Origin: a bacterium
GTDB taxonomy: Bacteria > Zhuqueibacterota > Zhuqueibacteria > Oceanimicrobiales > Oceanimicrobiaceae
Direction: 5' to 3'
DNA: 11,918 nt
Assembly: GCA_037446635.1 (NCBI GenBank)
Contig: JBBIIG010000092.1
Coordinates: 1 to 11,918 of the forward strand
Positions 1-6,780 of the stretch are shown here, one piece after another (the stretch's first letter is position 1; each line of letters starts with the position of its first letter). The translations under genes and the position numbers were made by a program. Below the pieces are notes generated by a model. That model saw only the letters and a program-made list of their open reading frames with translations. It had not been told where the DNA came from and ran no database searches.

Positions 1-1799
1 TCCAGAACCAAATTTTCGAAATCGAAAAGGGAGGTATTGCGAAAACGCGCTTCGTCAAACACCTCGTCGCGGAAGCTGTCGTGCCAGCCGCCGGTGAGTC
101 CGCTGTGAAAAATCAGCGCCGGACTTTCCGGCAAATGTTCGGCGATTTGATAGATGCTGTTGTTGTATTCCTGCGCAATGCGGTTGCTCCAGCCAAGAAT
201 ACCTCGATTCGGCTCGCCAATATTCCAGCCAATGCCCTGAGTGAAATCGTAGCGGAAGCCATCAACGCGGTAGATATCGATCCACATTTTGAGGGATTCG
301 TGAACTATTTCCTGGGTTTCGTCCGTCCAGTGATCCAGGTCGCGGAAAAAGAAAAGCGCGTCTTCGTTGGGCCGCAGCAGACTTTGCGATTTGAAATAGG
401 GATTGGGGCCTTCATCCGGCAGCATCTGCCACAGCGGCGCGGTTTCGTTCAAATGATTGAAGACGACATCGACGATCACCGCGATGCCGCGCGCGTGCGC
501 CGAGTCCACCAGCGCTTTGAACTCGCGCGGTGTGCCGTAACTGGGTTCGAGCGCGAAATAGGAATTGAGATCGTATCCCCACGAGTGTCCGGAAGCGCCG
601 ACGTTGCCAAAGTCGTTGATGGGCATCAGCTCAATCGCGTTGACGCCGAGGGAATCCAAATAGGGCAGCAGGGTGGTCAGTTCGGCGAAGCCGGCTTGTC
701 CGCCCGGCAGCCCGTAAAATCCGCCGCCAAATTCGCCCACGTTCAACTCGTAGATGATCAAGCGATTGAGCGGCGGGCGGACGTAATCGTTCGATTGCCA
801 CTGGTAATCATCGGCGGTCAATCCCTCCGGGCCAACAGTGAAGCGGCTGCCGTGCTCGCCATTCCAGCGGCCCCAGGGATCGTAAATCAACGCGCGGTCC
901 GTTTGATAAAGATACTCGTACGTTCCCGGATCCAATTTCAGGTTAATCCACCAGTCGCTGCTGCTGAAATTTTTGTACATCAAAAAGGCGTCGCCGGTGG
1001 CGGGATTTTCCCCCAGCGGCGCGATGCGCAAAACCACGAAATTGGTTTGCGGCAAACGCAAACGAAAGGTGGTGGAATCGTTGGAAACGGCGCTGGGCAG
1101 GGTGACGCCGTGGCGGGCGTACGAGGGCAGCGCCCGCAATTGCACCTGCTGCGACTGCACCACGAAGCTCACGGTGTCGGCGTTGGCGCCGGCGCGCAGA
1201 ATGGCGGTGTGGCCGCCGTCTTCCAAATCAAACGTGGTTGGAAAAACAAATTGCTGGGTGTCGAAATCATAATAGCTACCGAGGTGAGTGAGGGTGGTGT
1301 CGTCAATGGTGAGCGTGATGCTGGCGGTGTCAACCGCGGTTCCTACTTTCGGATACAAATACGCCGAAATCGTTGGGCGGCGGGTTTCCACAAAACCCGT
1401 GCGCTGGTTCGGGAGGAAGTGGTAAATCACCGGGTCTTTCAAATAGAGAAAGGAGTTGTCGTTGTCGCGCGGATTCACGTGATGATTGAGCGGGTCGTTG
1501 GGCCAGGTGGTAACGCCGGTGTACCAGAATTTGTACTGCCACGCGCCGGGCACGCCCACCGCGGGTGGATTGGGGTTGCCGCCGAGGCGCAGCCGTTCGG
1601 TGCGCGTCCATAGATCGCTGCCCTGATATTGCATCGGCGCCGCGGCCGGCGTCCAGTTGTTGAATTCGCCCGGCAGCGAGACGTTGCTTCGGCCGGCGAT
1701 GCGATAACGGAACACCACATCGACGCTGTCCTGCGCTAGAACGGAGCCGCAGAACAGGATCAAAAAAAGGATGCTCGTAAATTTACTTTTTGGTTTCAC
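1..1799 (-). CDS. Secreted GH13 alpha-amylase-family glycoside hydrolase with N-terminal CBM48/Ig-like domains (3' end outside window)
   Basis: Manual translation, absent from the ORF track because the stop lies outside the window. GTG at 1799 follows SD AGGAGAG (1805-1811). Signal-peptide-like MKPKSKFTSILFLILFCGSVLAQD; CBM48-like 'VSLPGEFNNW'; GH13 motifs 'IIYELNV', 'LGVNAIELMPI', 'SWGYD', 'DVVFNH', 'VDGFRYDFTQGI' (nucleophile Asp), 'IAEHL' (acid/base Glu). The frame is open to base 1. Confidence 0.92.
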   Translation of the reverse strand, partial: MKPKSKFTSILFLILFCGSVLAQDSVDVVFRYRIAGRSNVSLPGEFNNWTPAAAPMQYQGSDLWTRTERLRLGGNPNPPAVGVPGAWQYKFWYTGVTTWPNDPLNHHVNPRDNDNSFLYLKDPVIYHFLPNQRTGFVETRRPTISAYLYPKVGTAVDTASITLTIDDTTLTHLGSYYDFDTQQFVFPTTFDLEDGGHTAILRAGANADTVSFVVQSQQVQLRALPSYARHGVTLPSAVSNDSTTFRLRLPQTNFVVLRIAPLGENPATGDAFLMYKNFSSSDWWINLKLDPGTYEYLYQTDRALIYDPWGRWNGEHGSRFTVGPEGLTADDYQWQSNDYVRPPLNRLIIYELNVGEFGGGFYGLPGGQAGFAELTTLLPYLDSLGVNAIELMPINDFGNVGASGHSWGYDLNSYFALEPSYGTPREFKALVDSAHARGIAVIVDVVFNHLNETAPLWQMLPDEGPNPYFKSQSLLRPNEDALFFFRDLDHWTDETQEIVHESLKMWIDIYRVDGFRYDFTQGIGWNIGEPNRGILGWSNRIAQEYNNSIYQIAEHLPESPALIFHSGLTGGWHDSFRDEVFDEARFRNTSLFDFENLVL

Positions 1800-1804
1800 G
1801 ACAA

Positions 1805-1811
1805 CTCTCCT
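1805..1811 (-). promoter_or_regulatory. Shine-Dalgarno site of the GH13 gene
   Basis: AGGAGAG on the minus strand, 5 nt upstream of GTG 1799. Confidence 0.7.
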
Positions 1812-1839
1812 ACTTTGAATTTTCAATTTTGGCTTAGAC

Positions 1840-1912
1840 ATGGATTAATGGAATAGCGCAGATATTGGATCGATGAAACTCAATCCAATTATCCCGCAAT
1901 TCAGCAAGCCAT
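1840..1912. repeat. Degenerate intergenic inverted repeat
   Basis: Core ATTGGAT (1864-1870) / ATCCAAT (1883-1889), with imperfect outer arms ATGGATTAATGGAATAGCG... versus ...CGCAATTCAGCAAGCCAT. Confidence 0.4.
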
Positions 1913-1926
1913 CGTAATTGTTCAAG

Positions 1927-2085
1927 CTAAAATAACGTATAGATGAACGGCGCAAGGGCCGAACCTTGAGTGAGGACGATCAGCAGACTCAGCATCAGCA
2001 GGATTACGATGATGGGCGTGAGCCACCACTTTTTGCGCACTTTCAAAAATTGCCAAAATTCAGCTAAGATGGATAACCGGCTCAT
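1927..2085 (-). CDS. DUF5989 (SxtK-like) small membrane protein, 52 aa
   Basis: MSRLSILAEFWQFLKVRKKWWLTPIIVILLMLSLLIVLTQGSALAPFIYTLF*. The RKKWWLxP...SAxAPFIYTLF signature is characteristic of the family. Strong SD AAGGAG at 2092-2097. Below the ORF-track length cutoff. Confidence 0.9.
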   Translation of the reverse strand: MSRLSILAEFWQFLKVRKKWWLTPIIVILLMLSLLIVLTQGSALAPFIYTLF

Positions 2086-2224
2086 TGCAGACTCCTTTTT
2101 GAAACGTTAAACTTAACGCAGGAAAGTAAAACCTTAAGACGGAAAATTCAATGAAGAACTTCAAAAACTCTCTTCAAATCGGCTTTTGATCACTGGCGTC
2201 GTTTTTTTTGGTAAGGGAAGGGAA

Positions 2225-2372
2225 TGTCATTCAGGAGGAAACTTTTTAGCTACGTGATAAATCTACTCTTCTTCGCCATGTGTCATTTCGAGCTTGCCGC
2301 GCCAGATTTCTCACCTCGACGAAAAACGTCGAGGTTCGAAATGACAATTCAATGTTTGCAACTGTCATTTCG
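2225..2372. repeat. TGTCATTTCGA...TCGAAATGACA-type REP-like nested palindrome
   Basis: TGTCATTTCGA (2281-2291) / TCGAAATGACA (2336-2346). Perfect inner hairpin ACCTCGACG-AAAAA-CGTCGAGGT (2313-2335). GTGATAAATCT (2254-2264) / AGATTTCTCAC (2304-2314) match 10/11. Extra arms at 2225-2232 and 2363-2372. Confidence 0.75.
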
Positions 2373-2382
2373 CGCAATAATT

Positions 2383-4842
2383 TCAAAATTCCACCTTCAC
2401 ATTCTGCTGCGCCCCCTCGTCCGCAAATTGGATGACGAGAATGCGTTTCGCAGCGTCGTAAAAAAATCCGGGGTTCGTTTGATTGGGTTTGATTTTGGAG
2501 AGCGTGGTTTTCCCCAGCGCGATTTTGCCTTTGGGTTCCGAAACCGTATGCAGCCGAATATGCAGCATCCGCGCCGGTGGTTGATAATTATCATGGCGGC
2601 GGGTTTTGGTGATCTCCCATTCATTCGTTTTCGGAGAAATCACAAAATCGGTCAGGCGATACTTGCCGGTGGTGTAGTCAAAGGTCGCGCCATCGTCTTC
2701 ATAAAATGAAAAAGCGGCGCGCACCGCTGGGAAGACATCGAGAATGAGTTTGGCGGCCGGCTTTTCGCCGACGAACTGCATCGCTTCCTGCGAAGGCAGC
2801 ACACCGCCGGCGCCCAAAAACATCGGCAGGCGATCCAGCGGGGCATCGACGACGATCGATTGACCGCCTTCGTAAACCGTTTCGGTATTGAGATCCAGCC
2901 ACTGGCCGGCGGGAAGATACACTTTCTTCAAATTGTGACCGATTTTCGTGACCGGCGCCACCAACAAATTTTCGCCAACTAAAAACTGCTCTTGCCAGGC
3001 GCCGTCGTAAACCTGCGGATCGGTTTGATGATGCCAGAACAGCGGCCGCAAAATCGGCGCGCCGGTTTGATGGGCTTCCCAGAAAAGACTGTAAAGATAA
3101 GGCAGAATCTCATAGCGCAGGGTGATGAATTTCTTGGAAATTTCTTCGACGGTCTCGCCGAAGGACCACGGCTCCTGGTCGCTGCTGCCATAGTGCGTGT
3201 GCGCGCGGAAGAACGGCGCAAACACCGCCGATTGCAGCCAGCGCGCGAACAACTCCGGCGAGGGCGTGCCGCCAAAGCCGCCGACGTCTGTTCCCACGAA
3301 CGGCACGCCGGAAATTCCCAGTCCCTGCAACATGCGGAGGCCCATTTCGAGGTGCTGCTCGGTGGCCTGGTTGTCGCCAGTCCACACGGAGGTGAAGCGC
3401 TGCTCGCCGGCAAACCCGGCGCGGGTGATCACAAATGGCCGCTCGTTGGGACGCAGTTTTTTCACGCCGTCGTAGCAGGCCTGCGCCATCAAGAAGCCGT
3501 AGAGGTTGTGCATTTTCTTCTGGCTGGAAATTCTTCCTTCATCGTGAAAAAGGACTTCTTCCGGAAACGCGCGGCCCCAAACCGCCGGCTCGTTCATGTC
3601 ATTCCAAAATCCGGCCACGCCGGCGTCCAGCAAATCGCCAAACAAATTGCCCCACCAGTCGCGGGTTTCCTCGCGGCTGAAATCCGGAAAGTAGGACGGC
3701 CCCGGCCACACTTCGCCAACATAAATTTCGCCGTCGGGGTATTTCACAAAATGATCTTTCTCTAAACCTTCTTTAGCCACTTTGTACTCCGGATCAACTT
3801 TGACGCCAGGATCAATAATCACCACCACTTTAAATCCCATCTCCTCGAGTTGTTTGATGAGCCCGGCCGGATCCGGAAACCGCTCGGGGTGCCAGGTGAA
3901 GACGCGGTAGCCGTCCATGTAATGGATGTCTAAATAGATCACGTCGGCGGGGATTTGTTTTTCGCGGAAGGTTTGCGCGATGCGCAGAACTTCTTTGTCC
4001 GGGTAGTAACTCCAGCGGCACTGCTGGTAACCCAGCGCCCATTTCGGCGGCATGGGCGTGCGGCCGGTCAGTTCGGTGTAGGTTTCGACGACCCGGCTCA
4101 CTTGCGGCCCGTAAATGAAAAAGTAATCGAGGGTGCCGGCGTCGGCGGCAAAAGAAAAGTAGCGCAAATTGCCGGCGCCGAAGTTGAATTTGCTGCGGTA
4201 GCTGTTGTTGAAGTAGATGCCGTAGGCCTGATAATTTCTCATGCCAATAAAAAATGGAATGGACTGATAAAGCGGGTCGCTGTTGTTGTCGTGATGGGGA
4301 TTGTCGGTGTTCCACATCACCCACTCGCTGCCGCGCTTGTTGAGATTGCCGGTTTTTTCGCCGAGGCCGAAAAATTTTTCGTCGCGGCTGATGGTTTTCC
4401 AGCAGCGCACTTCGTCGGCATCCCAGCCCATGCCCATGCCGGGATCGTCCTGATTGATGACGTTGCCGGCTTTGTCTTTCACGGTCAGCCGGCAGGGGGA
4501 TTTTTGTACAACGAGATTTATCTCGTCCGTCTTCAGCAGCAGTTGCGACTCCGTTTCCTCGAAATCAAATGGCACGGCCGGCCACTCGGTTTTGGCAAGG
4601 GGATAGTCCAGCAGTGGTTCAGCGAAGCCGGGACGAATCAGCGTCACTCGAAACATATTGGATTTCAGGAAGTCGATCTGCAGCCGATAATCATCTGCGC
4701 AAAACAGCTCGATTCCCGAATCGCGGCGCTCAAATTTTTCGACATCGCTCAAAAAGGAGTAGTTAGCCATGGCGTCTCCAAACCGACCGAATAAAATGAA
4801 CAGGGAAAAAACGATTTGTAAGAAAAATTTGTTTTTCGGCAT
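2383..4842 (-). CDS. GH31 alpha-glucosidase, probably secreted (819 aa)
   Basis: GH31 motifs 'FFGLGEK', 'LYQSIPFF', 'PPKWALGYQQCRWSY', 'IYLDIHYMD', 'GFWNDMNEP' (nucleophile), 'WTGDN' (acid/base), 'FFRAH', 'YEDDG'. Start moved from the track's GTG 4884, which lies inside a REP repeat, to ATG 4842, which has SD-like AGAAAGG (4851-4857) and a signal-peptide-like N-terminus MPKNKFFLQIVFSLFILF. Confidence 0.95.
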   Translation of the reverse strand: MPKNKFFLQIVFSLFILFGRFGDAMANYSFLSDVEKFERRDSGIELFCADDYRLQIDFLKSNMFRVTLIRPGFAEPLLDYPLAKTEWPAVPFDFEETESQLLLKTDEINLVVQKSPCRLTVKDKAGNVINQDDPGMGMGWDADEVRCWKTISRDEKFFGLGEKTGNLNKRGSEWVMWNTDNPHHDNNSDPLYQSIPFFIGMRNYQAYGIYFNNSYRSKFNFGAGNLRYFSFAADAGTLDYFFIYGPQVSRVVETYTELTGRTPMPPKWALGYQQCRWSYYPDKEVLRIAQTFREKQIPADVIYLDIHYMDGYRVFTWHPERFPDPAGLIKQLEEMGFKVVVIIDPGVKVDPEYKVAKEGLEKDHFVKYPDGEIYVGEVWPGPSYFPDFSREETRDWWGNLFGDLLDAGVAGFWNDMNEPAVWGRAFPEEVLFHDEGRISSQKKMHNLYGFLMAQACYDGVKKLRPNERPFVITRAGFAGEQRFTSVWTGDNQATEQHLEMGLRMLQGLGISGVPFVGTDVGGFGGTPSPELFARWLQSAVFAPFFRAHTHYGSSDQEPWSFGETVEEISKKFITLRYEILPYLYSLFWEAHQTGAPILRPLFWHHQTDPQVYDGAWQEQFLVGENLLVAPVTKIGHNLKKVYLPAGQWLDLNTETVYEGGQSIVVDAPLDRLPMFLGAGGVLPSQEAMQFVGEKPAAKLILDVFPAVRAAFSFYEDDGATFDYTTGKYRLTDFVISPKTNEWEITKTRRHDNYQPPARMLHIRLHTVSEPKGKIALGKTTLSKIKPNQTNPGFFYDAAKRILVIQFADEGAQQNVKVEF

Positions 4843-4852
4843 CAGTTTTACC

Positions 4853-4992
4853 TTTCTCGTTTCCACGCTCTTTCTCGTTCCCACGCTCTCAGAGTGTGTT
4901 AAAACTCAAAATCGCGATCATAAATATTGAGCTTAAGTTAAGAAAAATGTCCCAAAATCGACTTTTCACACACTCTGTCTGCGTGGGAACGA
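4853..4992. repeat. REP-type palindrome CTCGTTCCCACGC-TCT-GCGTGGGAACGA, split by a MITE, with a tandemly duplicated left arm
   Basis: The left arm ends at 4886 and the right arm is 4981-4992; an intact copy is at 11865-11891. 18-bp tandem copies at 4853-4870 and 4871-4888 differ by 1 base. Confidence 0.85.
4890..4977. mobile_element. 88-bp MITE (non-autonomous IS derivative)
   Basis: TIRs CAGAGTGTGTTAAAACTC versus CAGAGTGTGTGAAAAGTC (reverse complement of the right end) match 16/18. TCT direct repeats flank it (4887-4889, 4978-4980). Removing the element plus one TCT restores the intact REP. Confidence 0.85.
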
Positions 4993-5061
4993 AAGCCCAC
5001 ACGTCGGACTGCAATCGATTTCAATTTATGAAGACACCATTTGCGCCGTCCGCAGTTGCTC

Positions 5062-5110
5062 GACGCTGAGCGTCCTGCACTAACGCTCCCACGCAGAGCG
5101 TGGGAGCGAG
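5062..5110. repeat. REP-type palindrome, inverted partner of the 4874-4992 copy (REP doublet)
   Basis: GACGC-TGA-GCGTC (5062-5074) followed by CGCTCCCACGC-AGA-GCGTGGGAGCG (5084-5108). The loop AGA is the reverse complement of TCT. Confidence 0.85.
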
Positions 5111-5154
5111 AAGGGATGGAGGGATGGCGTCTCCAAACGGGCTCAAAAAGAAAC

Positions 5155-6699
5155 TCAGGCAGAATACATCAGCGCCAGAATGGTCATGTCATCGTTTTGC
5201 GGCGCGCCGGCCACGAATTTTTTGACCTCGTCCACCACGCCGGAAATCGTTTCTGCGAGCGTCAAACCGCTGCGTCGTCTCAGGCAATCTTCCAGGCGGC
5301 TTTCCGTGAACTCGTTGTTCTCGCTATCCATCGCTTCGGTGATGCCGTCGGTGTAGAGGAAAAGCCCGTCGCCGTTTCCCAGTGTGATTTGTTTAGCCTG
5401 ATACGTTGCTTTGCCGAACACGCCCAACACTAACCCGCCGGTCATTTCGGTGGCCTCGACGCGGCCGTCGCGGCGCAAAATGTAAGGGGGATTGTGGCCG
5501 CCGTTGCAGTAGGCCACTTCGCCGGTGCGGGTGTTGAGAATTCCATAAAAAACGGTGACAAACATGTTGCTGACCCCTTCGGCTGCCAACATGCCATTGA
5601 TTTGTTCGAGACACACCTGCGGCGGCAAACCTCGTAACGCGGTGGATTTGATTAACGTTCGGCACACCGCCATATACAGGGCGGCCGGTACGCCCTTGCC
5701 GGAAACGTCGCCAATCACGAAGCCCAGTTGTTCTTCATCGATCAAAAAGAAGTCGTAAAAATCGCCGCCGACCTCTTTGGCTGGCGTCATCGTGGCCAGG
5801 ATTTCAAACTCGTCCCGTTGCGGGAAAGGCGGGAATTTGCGCGGCACCATCGATTTTTGAATTCGGCTGGCGACGTCCAATTCTTTGGTGAGAGACAGCA
5901 ACTGCTCGCGATCTTTGGCGGCCTGCACGGTTTTTTCAAACAGCAAAGCGTTTTCCAGCGCGGTGGCGGTTTGCAGCGCCAGCGTGGTGAGCAGCTTCAA
6001 ATCGCCGGCCGTGTAATTGACCGGCGTGGCGCTGACCAGCACAATCACCCCGTTCACCCGCTCATTGACTTTTAGCGGCGCGCAGGCCAAAGAAACGATG
6101 CCTTCGTATTCACTGACGTACTGCGAATGCGACGGCAGGTAGTTGATGATTTCGGCGTTGCCGCTAGCCGCGATGCCGCCAACGATGCCTTCGCCCAATT
6201 TGATTCCAGCCGCGGCCTTTAATGGCTGGCCAAAATCCGCGATGACGTTCAGCGTTTGCGTGGCGTCCTCGAGAAGCATCACGGAGCCGCCGCTGGCTTT
6301 GATGAGCTGGCTGGCCAGTTCGAGCGAGGTTTTTGCGACAGTGGTGAGATCGAGCAGCGCCGCCAGCTTCTCCGAAAAATTATAAATCAGGTTGACCTCG
6401 CGATAGAGATGGAGCACCTCATTGCCAAGGGTTTTTTTCTCCGCTTCTTTGGCGGCGAGGTGGGAGATTAACTCCGCCACCGCTTCCGCTGCTTTATTGC
6501 CGGAAACCCAGCCGATGGTTTCGCCTTCGTGCAGGATGGGGAATTTGGCGGCGGGATTTTCAACGGCGCTGCCGGACAGCACCTGCCCGTTTTCGCCTTC
6601 GATGCAAATGTTGGCGCCCAGCGCGTTGATGAGGTTAGCGATCATCAGTGCGGTGTCCTTTTTTCTACCAATCAGGTTTTGTAGAGTTACGTGTGTCAT
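5155..6699 (-). CDS. GAF-domain PP2C/SpoIIE-family (RsbU-like) serine phosphatase
   Basis: GAF region ('GEGIVGGIA', 'SLACAPL...GVIVL', 'ALENALL'); SpoIIE motifs 'VGGDFYD', 'IGDVSGKGVPAAL', 'NGGHNPP', 'YTDGITEA', 'DDMT'. ATG 6699 is better spaced from GAAGG than the track's ATG 6705. Confidence 0.93.
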   Translation of the reverse strand: MTHVTLQNLIGRKKDTALMIANLINALGANICIEGENGQVLSGSAVENPAAKFPILHEGETIGWVSGNKAAEAVAELISHLAAKEAEKKTLGNEVLHLYREVNLIYNFSEKLAALLDLTTVAKTSLELASQLIKASGGSVMLLEDATQTLNVIADFGQPLKAAAGIKLGEGIVGGIAASGNAEIINYLPSHSQYVSEYEGIVSLACAPLKVNERVNGVIVLVSATPVNYTAGDLKLLTTLALQTATALENALLFEKTVQAAKDREQLLSLTKELDVASRIQKSMVPRKFPPFPQRDEFEILATMTPAKEVGGDFYDFFLIDEEQLGFVIGDVSGKGVPAALYMAVCRTLIKSTALRGLPPQVCLEQINGMLAAEGVSNMFVTVFYGILNTRTGEVAYCNGGHNPPYILRRDGRVEATEMTGGLVLGVFGKATYQAKQITLGNGDGLFLYTDGITEAMDSENNEFTESRLEDCLRRRSGLTLAETISGVVDEVKKFVAGAPQNDDMTILALMYSA

Positions 6700-6716
6700 T
6701 TTCATACCTTCACTTT

Positions 6717-6777
6717 ATAGAACACGGATTTAACGGATTACGGATTTTTGACGGATCCGTCCAAACTGTGTCCCTAT
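6717..6777. repeat. Gene-less copy of the GxxExxY-associated palindromic repeat
   Basis: Left arm ATAGAACACGGATTTAACGGATTA (6717-6740) is 22/24 identical to 6780-6803. Right arm ATCCGTCCAAACTGTGTCCCTAT (6755-6777) is a degenerate reverse complement. Confidence 0.7.
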
Positions 6778-6780
6778 TGA

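Noticed and set aside
960..1020. Suspected frameshift in the GH13 gene at homopolymer runs
   Set aside because: Recounting gives an uninterrupted frame (…APLGENPATGDAFLMYKNFSSSDWW…).
81..1613. 510-aa plus-strand ORF
   Set aside because: Codon-aligned antisense shadow of the GH13 gene; it has no recognisable motifs.
2105..2118. Palindrome CGTTAA-AC-TTAACG upstream of the DUF5989 SD
   Set aside because: 6-bp arms are expected by chance in 12 kb, and I saw no second copy.
2224..2709. 161-aa plus-strand ORF
   Set aside because: It begins in a palindromic repeat and runs antisense into the GH31 gene; no motifs.
4843..4884. N-terminal extension of GH31 from GTG 4884
   Set aside because: It is translated REP tandem repeat; ATG 4842 has the SD and the signal peptide.
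4890..4977. MITE-borne promoter for GH31 (TATGAT on the minus strand)
   Set aside because: The hexamer at 17-bp spacing (TTTCTT) is a poor -35; not supportable without TSS data.
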